A DNA stretch of 64,000 bases, taken from contig AP026128.1 of the NCBI GenBank assembly GCA_030295235.1, positions 930,001-994,000 on the forward strand, given 5' to 3'. The notes beneath the pieces are model-generated. The model did no database searches, was not told the origin of the DNA, and worked only from the letters and a program-made list of their open reading frames with translations. A program made the position numbers and the translations under genes. The DNA comes from Fistulifera solaris (taxonomy: Eukaryota). Positions 25,546 to 37,207 of the stretch are shown here, piece after piece (position 1 is the stretch's first letter; the number at the start of each line of letters is the position of its first letter).

Positions 25546-25711
25546 TGTAATTAGACGTATATGTATAACGAATCAACTGATCTAGATGTAAAATAGAAAC
25601 AAAGCCCACATAGGCAAATAATCGCATGGGGCATGGGGTTGCGGGGTGCCTATAAAAATTTTCATTCGATCTGACGGTCATTATTTCTGTGTATAATGCA
25701 TGACTGAAATG

Positions 25712-26522
25712 CAGAAAATCTGTGATGGTCCAGAAATTCTGGACCAGTTTAATTCTCAATCATACAGAAATCTGGTTTGGTCCAAAAAAAAAAAAGTTGT
25801 ATTTCATTCATACAGAAAATCTGTGATGGTCCAGAAATTCTGGACCATTTGTATTTCATTCATACAGAAAATCTGTGATGGTCCAGAAATTCTGGACCAG
25901 TTTAATTCTCAATCATACAGAAATCTGGTTTGGTCCAGAAATTCTGGACCAGTTTAATTTCATTCATTCAGAAAGTCTGAGGCGTTCCAGAAATTCTGGA
26001 CCAGTTGTATTTCATTCATACAGAAAATCTGTGATGGTCCAGAAATTCTGGACCACGTGTATTTCAGAAAGTCTGGGGCGGTCCAGAAATTCAGGACCAG
26101 TTTAATTTCATTCATTCAGAAAGTCTGAGGCGTTCCAGAAATTCTGGACCAGTTGTATTTCATTCATACAGAAAATCTGTGATGGTCCAGAAATTCTGGA
26201 CCACGTGTATTTCAGAAAGTCTGGGGCGGTCCAGAAATTCAGGACCAGTTTAATTTCATTCATTCAGAAAGTCTGAGGCGTTCCAGAAATTCTGGACCAG
26301 TTGTATTTCATTCATACAGAAAATCTGTGATGGTCCAGAAATTCTGGATTCTGGACCAGTTAATCTGTGATGGTCCAGAAGTTCTGGACTTGTTGAATTT
26401 TATTCATACTGAAAATCTGGACAAATTGTTCATTCATACAGAAAATCTGGGGCGGTCCAGAAATTTTGGACCGGGTGTATTTCATTCAATTATTTATTCA
26501 AAAAATCTGGGGAGGTCAAGAA
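25712..26522. repeat. Tandem array of ~52-bp double-palindrome monomers with a 148-bp higher-order repeat
   Basis: Monomer CAGAAAATCTG-TGA-TGGTCCAGAAATTCTGGACCA-GTTGTATTTCATTCATA; identical blocks start at 25951, 26099 and 26247. Confidence 0.97.
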
Positions 26523-26906
26523 AACAAGCCTGCAGAGAGATTGCTGCCTAATAGGTAGTCTACAGTAGCAGTCTGACACTGGATATTAAATACGTAGTAA
26601 TTCATAGCAGTCGTGGTAATGTTGAGGGTACACTTCGACTTCGAGTGTATTTCAACCATGAATGGAGGCGCGCAAACGAGACCTCTTACGTTAATTTTGT
26701 TAGAATGAGACAGAAGTTCACTAAATACAAAGTGAGTGTTTATCATATGCATGCAATCTTTAACCATGTATAAATAAAACTATCAAAGATCGTCGATTGT
26801 AGTGTTCTAATAGTAGATCGAAAAATCCACTTGACAGTGCGCCAAAACAGTTCCAGAGCAAAAACAAAAATAAAGGCGACTTCCGATCAAGTCCACGCGA
26901 TAAAAT

Positions 26907-28324
26907 TTACATCGATTTCTTGTTCGGGGTCACCCTTTCGTCGTACACGGTAGGCATGGAAACTTGTTCTCCAGGACTGTGTCTCACGCGCAACGGAAGA
27001 TGCTCACACGAGTCACCCAAGCAAGGTAGATACAAATAAGTATCTAGCCCATAGCCCTCGCAACTTTTCAAAGTGAGCTCTCCTCCAAGATATCGAGCAT
27101 AGATTCGTGCGAGCGGCAAGCCAAATCCACGTATCGACGCACCCGAGACTCCATCGGCACCAAACTCCGTTTCGAGCTCGTTGTCGTTTCGGGTCGAGTG
27201 CGCGAATTTCCAGATCGTTGACATGCGGCTGCGAGGAATTCCACCTCCGCGATCCGCGATTTTAATAGTGACGTCCTCGGCGCCCTTGGCAATGACCACT
27301 TTGATGGGCTCGTTCACGCCGTGACGCAAGGTCGCGCGAATAGAATTTTTAACAACTCCGATACAATGTAATGCAGATGATGCGGCACGAACGTGAAAGG
27401 CTCACTTTCTCTATTGCAGTCTACGATAATGATCTCAGGGCATTGCTTGTCGAGCTGCGCCAGCTCCAAATACATCATGGTCTGTTCTCTGACAAGATCA
27501 GCAACGCGTTTGACTTCATAGACGACATCCAGATCACTTTTGATGCAGCCAAGATCGGTCTTTTCGTCCTTAAAGAGTTGCATGCAATTCAAGACGGCCG
27601 CTTTTCGTTCGGGGTTTCCTTTGCACGAAAGAACGTGATGCTCCGTAAGCAAACGCAGACCGACACGGGCCGTGAAGAAACGGTACAGTGCTTCTTCCAT
27701 TTCCTGTTCGACTTCCGCGGGCACTTTTTTGTTGTCGAGACTCTTCCGCCACAGCGCAACTCCGCGTGCAATGCTCACTGGAATGGTTTTCCGATCCCAC
27801 ACAAAGCCACCAATCAATTTCGTGAATGCTTCGTCATCCTCGTATGTTGTTGGAGCTGGGAATTTCTGCAATTCCACCATGTACTCGAGATACATGGAAG
27901 CTACTTTTCGTATGGGTTCCGCCGTCGATAGGCCGTGCGGCAACGTCAAGAGGTCGACAGCGCGTTGGGCGATGCGTATGGGCAGTTCCTTGTGTAAGAA
28001 CTGAGCATTTCGTAAACGCTGTTTCGGGTCTTCGCCGCGGCCGTATTTGTACATATCCGCAAGTCGTAGAGGAGTGGGACGTTGTGCGGCCAAGGCGTGA
28101 ATTTGTTCGAGTGAAATATCTTGAAACAATCGATCGGGGTCATCAAAAGAAGAAGAATCGAACGCGGGGACTGCAGCTGCTGCCGACAGATGACGCTGCG
28201 CAGCCGAAACTGTCGTATAAGAAGCTCGTGGAACGGTAGGTAGCTTTCTTGCACGACTGCTCGTCATCTGTACCTTTGTGCTTTCGAGCCCAGCACGGAG
28301 CGGGATGCGAATAGATGATATCAT
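26907..28324 (-). CDS. Mitochondrial pyruvate dehydrogenase kinase / BCKD kinase family; frameshift near 27345
   Basis: AQFLHKELPIRIAQR, RVGLRLL.EHH, HLHYIVSELLK, IADRGGGIP, GFGLPLARIYARYLGG. Confidence 0.9.
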
Positions 28325-28878
28325 GTTTGCGCTATTTTGTAAAAAAGGAGATGATCAAAAATGAACGATCATTCAATCTAATCATTCAAATTGAACGTTT
28401 TGCATAGACCAGGCGTCCACAAGGGAACAACAACTCTCTTCTTTGTTTTCACAGAATTTTGTTGAATGGTGATAGAGTCTTTGAAGGCGTTGATCCGTTG
28501 TCAACAGAAAGAAGAGTTCATGTCGATGGTGTGGTTGGCAATTTCCGACGTCGTTTTTCACCCTACCAGGTAAAAGGACTGTGCAACAGAATGTACTCCG
28601 GATTCGGAGATGACTGTTTTGTTACCGTTCCGACGGAAAATTGAGACGACGTCAGTGCAACGCTCAACGTCATTTTCGAAGTGGAGGGAGGTGCGGCTAA
28701 ACTTTATCCCTTATCCCTGTTCGATCTACGTGATCTCCTTTTGCGTGTGACGCAAACTCCAACAACTCATTCTCATTCATGTCAAAAACTCACTTGTCGC
28801 TTGTATCTATTGGCTGAACAAACAAAAGTGGTTGCTTGATCTTAAATTTTTCGTTCATTCTAGCTGACTTGCACAAAA

Positions 28879-29532
28879 ATGGGCACTGCGTATGGCACAT
28901 TCGCTCAAATTGCGACGGCGGTTCTCCTTTGGACACCGAACGCCGCCTTTCAACCATTGCCTGCCAGGAGTCTGGGTCGCCATCCGACTCCATCTCGTCT
29001 CTACAGTACCGGTATCAATACGTCCTTCATGTGGAATGCGGGTTTATCGTACGGCAAGGGATCGTTTGCATTCTATCGTAATTTCAACGACATGATGAAA
29101 GTATTTCCCGACGAAGATCGCCAAGCGTATCCGGAAATATTCAATCTCCCGAAAGGCGTCTACGAAGTTCGTCTGAACAAGCCATTGGGAATTGTATTTG
29201 AAGAGATTGAAACGGGACGCGGCTTGTACGTTCAAGATTTGGTGGAAGGTGGCAACGCGGAACGGGAAGGAACGATCCGACCCGGCGACGTCTTGGTGGG
29301 AATGTCCGCGGTCAAAATTGTGGGCGCCAAATACGAACGACGCATGATTCCCGCTCGTAACTTTGACTTTGATACCATGGTCGGAGCTGTCAGTTCGAAC
29401 GACCCCAAGTGGAGTTGCGATGATGTCATGATCATGGTAGAGAGACCCGGAGAGGCGGACAGTACGAAAGTGGACCAATTCATGTCGTTCTTTGAACCTC
29501 CCATTGATAATCCTTGGAAGCAACCTCAATAA
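28879..29532 (+). CDS. Plastid-targeted PDZ-like domain protein
   Basis: Presequence ending NAAFQP; LNKPLGIVFEE, LVEGGNAE..G.IRPGDVL. Confidence 0.75.
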   Translation: MGTAYGTFAQIATAVLLWTPNAAFQPLPARSLGRHPTPSRLYSTGINTSFMWNAGLSYGKGSFAFYRNFNDMMKVFPDEDRQAYPEIFNLPKGVYEVRLNKPLGIVFEEIETGRGLYVQDLVEGGNAEREGTIRPGDVLVGMSAVKIVGAKYERRMIPARNFDFDTMVGAVSSNDPKWSCDDVMIMVERPGEADSTKVDQFMSFFEPPIDNPWKQPQ

Positions 29533-30241
29533 CAGGGTGTATACTTGTAGCGAGTTCAGTGCCGCTCGACGCGCAGATTTCCATTCAATCTGTCTTCGGC
29601 GTCAAGAAAGTAACGATCAATCAGACTACAATCAAAACATCTCCGTTATTGCATTAATGTTTGTTTCCTGTCTATGTTTATTATCTAGAGGGACTATCAG
29701 CCGGGAATGTCTGAAGCTAAAGAGACTCTATAGACAACATTGAGAAGGGGATTATGTGAACAACATGCCAAAGAATGAGGTGGTCGGCGGAATTGAAACC
29801 GGTACGATAGGTGAACTACATCATTACATCATCATTAATACTTGTCTTTTGGCGAACACTTCTACTTTGATCTATCATAATCAAGAAAGTCCGCAGGGCA
29901 GTCATTATTTATAGGCGTGTACAAGTACTTACGGAACGGCGGAACGTGCGTTTGCCGCCCTTTTACTATAGACTAAAGAATTCGAACGTTGCGAGGCGAC
30001 GCGAGACCGCATTATTATTCGACGATTGCTTGCTTGATCGAGTTATTCGCAAATGCGAATGCGTGCATTGCAAACATCATTGACAGCTCTAGAGACCTTA
30101 CTTGACATTGAAGTATAACATCAGCAACAATTAACTCCTTCTGTGCGGACTTCTCTACTGTAAAAATTAGGTTGCAGAGCGATCGGCATCATCATTATTT
30201 GTCGCATTATTGATAGCCGAAAGAGTTTACCTTTATTCACC

Positions 30242-30934
30242 ATGACTAATGCAGCTAATTCCTTGCTGTCACAAAACTCTCATTGCAGCGAGAGACCGCC
30301 TAGTTCGGCCGATGGCCGACGTGCACGGGTCGCCCTGCGTAGATCTTTCGAGATTAACCGGCCGAATACGCCCACACAATTAACCACTGACGAGCAGCCG
30401 GTTACACAAGCCGTTCATCAACCACACGATTCTTCTTTGAGAATAGAGACAAGCAGTCGGACAACATCACTTCTCTATGGCCTGCTTGCTCCTTTCAATG
30501 AAGTCTTTCAGGAGTGCATAAATATTTTCGCCGAGTCTCATTTGTCGCTCGACAAGGTGCATCATATCTCAATCGCAGCAATCATCCTACATCTTTCCCT
30601 TCACGAAATAGCACAAGTGCTACCTCATGCACCTCCAGGTGTCATATTTCATTGGATTTTGCCAATATTTGCTGCAGTGGCGTGTATGTCCGGAGTCATC
30701 ATTCTGTTGATGAAATGTTACCCAAGTCAACTGGTGGTGGTGTTCGCCATCACGACTCTGTTCGCTGTCGAATGCTTGTTGCCGTTAGCGATCGCGGGGT
30801 GCACTATCATGTGTATCGGAAATGTCGTGTCCCTATCGGACTTGATTCTCCTCAGCGGCTGTTTGTTAGGATTCTGCTCGTTTACGTCCTGGGGCATTCG
30901 ACAAGTGTTGTATCCTAGCTTGGGCCTGGGGTAA
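30242..30934 (+). CDS. Hypothetical multi-pass membrane protein
   Basis: 230-aa ORF with disordered N-terminus and about four hydrophobic segments; no recognised motif. Confidence 0.5.
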   Translation: MTNAANSLLSQNSHCSERPPSSADGRRARVALRRSFEINRPNTPTQLTTDEQPVTQAVHQPHDSSLRIETSSRTTSLLYGLLAPFNEVFQECINIFAESHLSLDKVHHISIAAIILHLSLHEIAQVLPHAPPGVIFHWILPIFAAVACMSGVIILLMKCYPSQLVVVFAITTLFAVECLLPLAIAGCTIMCIGNVVSLSDLILLSGCLLGFCSFTSWGIRQVLYPSLGLG

Positions 30935-31566
30935 ATTTTTGAAGAACACTTTGATTTGTGCTCTAACAGATGGAACTACTCTCGATGTGCTCTTTTCCCA
31001 AGTTTATGTTATGCTATTGATGTAATGTGATTTCATGGTGTCGCTCCCGTCAACGCTGAATGTACCAAGATTTTTGTCTATTTTCAAATCTCGCTCTACT
31101 AATTGGTTTGCCTTCCCGACACTGTACAAGTTTGACTCTTTGTAAGTGCTTCTGCATTCTGCAAACCTGGTGGTATCCCTTTTTATAAATTAAAAAAATG
31201 CCGTATGGTACAATGTATAATAACGACTGCTTCACAGCTAGCCCGTAGGACGAAGATCAAGATCACGTGCACCGTTTCTTGCCGTATAGCTTCTTGCTTT
31301 GAAACGCAAATGCTGCAAGAGATGATTGCATCCTGAGTTGTCTAATGCGATTTGAGCTTATCCAAATCAAGCGTTAAAACGGACTGAAGAAGAACACATG
31401 ACTGAAATGCAGTCGAGCTATAGTACCAGGTAGCTGTCGCACCGCCAGCGGGCAAAATCGACCGCGGTTTTGTTTTTGTTTATTCTCCGCCGCGTCTCGT
31501 TGTCGCGTTTTTTTCGTCACCTTGTCATTCCTTGTTGGCAATATTGTCATAATTATCCTTTACAAC

Positions 31567-32257
31567 ATGATGATTCGGTTAGCTTTTCCGCAAAGCCGTT
31601 TCCTTTTCGCACTGGCGCTTGCGTGTGTGGCCATTCTTTGTATGTTAAATGCTGTAACTGCAGATGTAAGTTCAATGATCTATCGCTATAATGACCAGGC
31701 CTATTGTTCGTGTGTTACATAATCACAGCCGTTTACTCAATGTCCTTTACTTCGATGACAGGGGGATTCTTCTGCTACTGGGGCTACCAAGGATTATTTC
31801 GTGAAAGTTTTGTATTGCACCAGCTGAGGCATGCAGAGGAACTTCAGGGAAGTCGCGAAGTTCCTCGAAGAAAAATTTCCAGACTTACGTGGGAGAATTT
31901 ACGGCCAGCACTATCCCACCCCTCCCCCTCGTAGAACTTTTGCAACGCATTTTAAGCTATATTCAACTTATTGGAGTGGCGTGGATGATTCTTGGAGGAC
32001 AGGTTCTATTTCGCATGCTGGGGTACCAGCAAGAGATGCCGCAATTTTACTGGACAATACAAAACAACGGAGTGCATATTGCCACCGTTGTCTTTTTCAT
32101 TTTGCCTCAGATTCTTAATTCATTTGCTGTAAATGGTGCATTCGAGATTTATCTGAATGATGAAGAGATATTCAGCAAATTGAAACAGGGTGGCTTTCCG
32201 AGGCAAGCTGATCTGCTCGATCCACTTCAAGCGGCTGGGCTGAAGATGGCTTCTTAA
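31567..32257 (+). CDS. SELENOT: Selenoprotein T (Rdx family), Sec UGA at 31825-31827; intron 31666-31761; frameshift near 31922
   Basis: Signal peptide; VKVLYCTS-TGA-GMQRNF (CxxU); G.HYP; hydrophobic insert; GAFEIYLND..IFSKL..G.FP. Confidence 0.9.
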
Positions 32258-32290
32258 ACAGCGAATTATGTAACGCAGCATGCAGTTTAT

Positions 32291-32365
32291 TCTTGTTTCG
32301 TGTGAGAATGACGGCCGCAAAACATCGAACCATCAACGATACGCGGTCCGAAGGCACCGGCAAGA
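32291..32365 (+). promoter_or_regulatory. Candidate SECIS element in the SelT 3' UTR
   Basis: ATGA (32308)...GA (32350) core closing a GGCCGC/GCGGTC stem, unpaired AAAA, ATCG/CGAT ministem; lower stems GTGT/GCAC and TCTTGTT/GGCAAGA. Confidence 0.6.
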
Positions 32366-32474
32366 AATCTGCAACTGTTTGTTTTTAAGCGTCGCTATAT
32401 TTGTTAAATTTCATTGTTTGTATGCAGAGCTTTGCACATGAATAAACGCTCTTTCAAAAGTTTGCAAGTTCTAG

Positions 32475-32792
32475 GAGCGTGAAAATACAACTGGTCCAGA
32501 TTTTCTGGAGCAGAGTAAATAGCAAACCCCCAGATTTTCTGGGATCGTGAAAATACAACTGCTCCAGATTTTCTGGACCAACGTGAATAGCACTCGCTCA
32601 GATTTGCTGGGAACGTGAAAAACAAATGGTCCAGATTTTCTGGACCAGCGTAAATACCAATCACCCAGATATTCTGGGAACGTGAAAATACAACTGGTCC
32701 AGATTTTCTGATGGACCAGCGTAAGTAGAACTCGCCCAGAATAATATTTGCTGGGAACATGTGTAAAACAACTGGTCCAGATTTTCTGGACT
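32475..32792. repeat. Second double-palindrome array, ~68-bp monomers, inverted relative to the 25.7-kb array
   Basis: CGTGAAAATACAAC-TGGTCCAGATTTTCTGGACCA...CCCAGATTTTCTGGG starting at 32478, 32546, 32614, 32681 and about 32758. Confidence 0.95.
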
Positions 32793-32914
32793 TTTTGGGC
32801 GTGTGGTAAAATTCAAGTCCACAGACAATAATGAGGCTGCTGTGAAATGTTTACTGTATTGTTTATTTTCTAGAGCTTTGCTTCATTTTTAAAAGTGCGA
32901 GTACTCACAGGAAA

Positions 32915-35172
32915 ATGAAAAAGCACCGACCATTGTCGGACGTGGAGAAAACACCCCTTCTTGCTTTGCGTTTCACTGCATCCATAACAACTCGTCTGCA
33001 AGATCTTGTGGAACAGCGTCTGCATCAAGGGGGCTTTGATATACTTAATCGCGTTGTTGAGAAAAACCAAACAATACTCATGTTGACTTTCACGCAGAAA
33101 ATTTTGGAGCAGCAGGCGGAACGTTCACACGTTATGAAAAGGACAAACGATACACAAGTCATGGATGCCTTCACATGCTCAGACCGAGCGCGATTTTGTG
33201 ACTTGGATGTGCGCTATCGGGACAGATTCGGACTGTTCTCAGCGAGTGAGAGATCTATGATCGCTTTACACATGATTAACGATATCACTGTTTTACCCGA
33301 AGGTAAAACGACAACAGAGCTATCGCAGCTCCTAGAATCAAGGTATCATGCTGTCACGCATTTTCACAATCTTGTCGCTGACGAAGCCACAAGATCACAG
33401 AAAGTCCGGTTACGGAAAAATGGGGAGAAAAGTGAAAGTCTAAAGCACGTACTGCAGACGTGCAAGATTGTAGATAGTGTCATGCCGATTCATTTACCAC
33501 GTGCCGTAAAGAGCGAGATCGTTCGACAAACTTCGTGGCCCTTATATCACCTGAGTCCGCCAGTCCATTTAATTCAAAGCTACTATGGCTGTGAAGTAGC
33601 ATTTTACTTTGCATGGATGGGTTTCCTTATGAGATGGTACTTAGTACCTGGGATTCTTGGCCTTGTCGTGTTTCTCCTGCAAAGGCTCGCGGCGACACCG
33701 TTGATGAAGATGAATACATTCCGATCTACGGAGTGTTTGGGTTTATAACGTTCATTCTATACCTGCGGTTTTGGGATCGATATGAGCATCGATTAGCTTA
33801 TCAATGGGGAACATATTCGCTTTCGCCGTACGAGCGACTGAAGTTTTTTGCACTACGACCGGAATTCCGTGGCTATTTGCGATACTCTCCGATCACGGGT
33901 GAAATTGAAACGTTCTATCCAGCATTTTACAGGCGGTTGAAGTACGTGCTTGGGGCAATAATAACAGCGAGCATGCTCTTTGTGGCTTTCGTGATCATGA
34001 TTCTGTCTCTCAATTTACAAGGATACATCCGGCCTTCTGCTAATCCTCGGCGATGGAACGATGACAATCCTCATCCATTTCATTCTCCTGGTTTCGCTGT
34101 GCTAGCCGAAGAGGGTCGCTTATTTGATGCTACATCGTCTTGGCGGTCTCTGATACCTGTGGCGATCCATGTACTCGGTATCAATGTACTCAATGCTTTA
34201 TATCGAAAGGTTTCTGTTGCTTTGACGGACTGGGAAAACCACGAGACGGAACAAAACTACAAAAACTCATTGATCTTGAAACGGTTTTTGTTCGAAGCTT
34301 TCGACTGCTACGTAGCCCTCTTTTATCTCGCATTCTACGAGCGCGACGTGGAACGACTTCGAATGGAACTCGTCTCCGTATTTCAAATTGATACACTAAG
34401 GCGTCTTTGTATGGAATGCATTCTTCCGTTTGGCCTTTTTCGCTTGCGAACTCGTGGCAAGCAGCATGTTCAGACTGGTAATGACACGTCCAGCATATCG
34501 ACAACGGACGAGATATTGGAGGACTTGGAAAAAGACGAGTACGAGCAGTTTGACGATTACATGGAAATTGTCATCCAGTTCGGCTATGTGACACTATTTG
34601 CCAGTGCCTATCCCCTTGCATCCCTGGTTAGCATTGCTGCGAATTTGATTGAAATGCGGGCCGATTGCTACCGGATGGCATTTTTGTGTCAGAGGCCTCC
34701 TTCTAATAGAAGTCAAGGGATGGGAATGTGGCGCGATCTCATAGCTGCAATTGTCTGGATGAGTGCGCTCACCAATTGCTTACTCATGGGTTTCTCTTCT
34801 GATCAGCTTATGCATTACCTGCCCCAGTTTTATGAGCGCGACGAAGTATCCGGATATACCGATATGGGGCACGAGCGATCTTGGATTGTCATTTTCATAA
34901 TATTTGGTCTGGAACGGCTTCTATTGTTTGTAGGAATTACTCTGCATGCTATCATCCCTGAGGTACCAGAAGATATATCGGACCTTGTTGAACGGGATCA
35001 TTTCATTCGTATGCAACAGGACGCAGCTAGTTTGGGAAGAGATGGCCGAAAGATCCATACCGTTTCGAAAAGAATTTCAATGGAGAAATCTAAATCAAAG
35101 AGATCCTCTTCGAGCGACTCCAGGGGGAGGGACATTCGTAAAAGGTCAATTCGGAACAAAATACTCTCTTAA
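32915..35172 (+). CDS. Anoctamin/TMEM16 family protein; frameshift near 33683; may have an upstream exon
   Basis: IQSYYGCEVAFYFAW, LTDWENHET, FYLAF, FDDYMEIVIQFGYVTLFASAYPLA, EMRAD. Confidence 0.92.
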
Positions 35173-35523
35173 TTTTGCAGTTAGACCGTTTTGTGCTCCG
35201 TCAAAAGTATTGCTCATAGCGGATAAGAGACTAGACTACCAAGTATGAATTGGGATTTGTCATCGACATAGCACATGGGACTCGGTTCTTCGAAATTCGA
35301 TGTCATGTCGAATCACTATACGATTTAGAGTACGTTGACTCACGAACCAGCGCAATACCGGTAGCTTTATTCTGCGTGCTGGCAACTGGCAAAATGCGCC
35401 TTTTAGCACGCCGCACCTCTCGTCACAAAAAGGAATAAACAAAACCCTTTTCAATCTTATTATCCGCAAAGCAACCTTTCGTGCAAAACATTCTTATAAG
35501 GACGTCATAACACGCCTCTAAAT

Positions 35524-36703
35524 ATGGAAAATAACGACGCCGTTACGGAGATGGTCCGATGCCAGGAATGCGGGCATGTTGTTCCGGCATCAAACATTAC
35601 AATTCATCAACTGCGCGGTTGTCGTGAAGCGAGGAGACGTTCGACGGAACGAGAACCAAGTAATTTTACGACCGAAAATGTAGAGACCATGGATGTCGAT
35701 AGTGACGACGAAGATGATAGAAAAATGGAAGCGGAGGTGAGCACAGAGCAGAGTGCTGCCTCGAATCCTATCACTCGTCCCTCTATCCCCGCCACCGTCA
35801 TGCAAAACAACGCGTTTGCTTCTGTAGCTGGAAGAAACTCTGCAGATCCTATTTCTATTCCCGAGTCACCCCCGCCCCGCAATAGGGAAGTCGTTGATCT
35901 TGTGGACGGAGACGACGATGAAGTTCAGGAAATTTGGCCCTGTCCTGGATGCACTTTTCACAATTCCATGTCCAACACGATTTGCGAAATTTGTTCCGCG
36001 ATGCGTCCTGATTCGAGACGTATGCCAGAGCCGACCCGTCGTGATCGTGGGAATGGCGATTCACCGATTCGCTTAATGTCAGGTGGTGCCTTGTTAGGTT
36101 CTTTTGGTTGGCGGGGCCGCTGCCTACATGCGGGGTCGTCCTATGAGTTCTGGAATGATACAGGGGGCGCTGTCTGGCGCGGTAGGAGGTGCCTTTGCCA
36201 ATGAATTGTTTCGAAGCGATATTTTGGAAGCGCCGGATATGGCGGCTGCTCCTCGCGTCGTTCGGACGGTTCGTCGCCGGGGACCATACGGCACGACTAC
36301 GGTAACAACCTACATGTCTCATGGGGCACCAGCGACAAGACGACGACGTACAGGAGATCCTGTGATGGATCATCTGTTGCAAATGATTCTAGCGGGTAAC
36401 GCAAATAGGCAGATGAACATTGATGGCATGAACTATGAGCAGTTACTTGAAGCATTTGGGGATGGCACGGAGAATCGTGGAGCGGATGAAGGTGACATTC
36501 GGTCTTTGCCCGTGTCGACTGTTACGGATACATCGACGATTCCCAACGACCACTCAGATTGCATGATCTGCTTAGAAACTTTTAAGGTTGGCGATGAGAG
36601 GAAAACATTACCCTGTTTGCACGGATTTCATAGCGCTTGTGTCGATAAGTGGTTGCGGACGAGCGCCAGTTGTCCGGTTTGCAAGTACTCGATTCGATCA
36701 TAA
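35524..36703 (+). CDS. RING-H2 E3 ligase with N-terminal zinc finger and RanBP2-type zinc finger; frameshift near 36103
   Basis: CQEC..H..C; WPCPGCTFHN..CEIC; MNYEQLL; CMICLE..LPCLHGFHSACVDKWL..CPVC. Confidence 0.85.
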
Positions 36704-36807
36704 ATGATAACGACAATTTATTGCTAACAATTGATGCGCAAACCGACGTAGGTATAGTTATTTTTTATACGGAGTAGATACAAAGCGGATTTTGGAAAAA
36801 GGCAACC

Positions 36808-37036
36808 GTTTTCAGAATTTCTGGATTATACTACTCCGTACATTCTTTTCAGAATTTTCTAGAAACACATAATACACCGTTTCCAGCATTTCTGTAAATA
36901 ACATAGAATGTTTGTAGTATGATAAACGCACCTTCTCCAGAATTTCTGGAACGTATTTAGGATTTCCAGAATTTCTGGAATGAATCTAACAGATTTTCTG
37001 TATGATCAATGCACTACTTCCAGAATTTCTGGAACC
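36808..37036. repeat. Degenerate third array of the CCAGAAWTTCTGG palindrome family
   Basis: About 7 copies of (TT)CCAGAATTTCTGG(AA), plus CAGATTTTCTGTATGA, the reverse complement of the TCATACAGAAAATCTG segment in array 1. Confidence 0.8.
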
Positions 37037-37207
37037 ATGCTCAAAGGAAAAGTGTCGATCGTTTTGACGTTTGACGGCAATAATTTTTTTTAAAAAAATA
37101 AAAAAATAATGCGCGCGTCCATCCCTGCCACCATTACGATAAACCTAGATCAAGAGAGGCAATTACCGAGTTTTATATCAACATCATATCATTATTGAAT
37201 TACGTTT

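Noticed and set aside
25712..26522. CRISPR array interpretation of the palindromic repeats
   Set aside because: Spacers are themselves repeated, no cas genes are present, and the context is eukaryotic
25700..26551. Short ORFs within arrays 1 and 2 (also 32404-32760)
   Set aside because: They are translations of the repeat unit with no independent coding evidence
26907..28324. PDK as a partner of the rhodopsin histidine kinase
   Set aside because: It shares the GHKL fold but is a mitochondrial Ser kinase, 23 kb away
11552..32858. TACTGTA/TACAGTA as Tc1-type excision footprints
   Set aside because: The 7-mer count is compatible with chance
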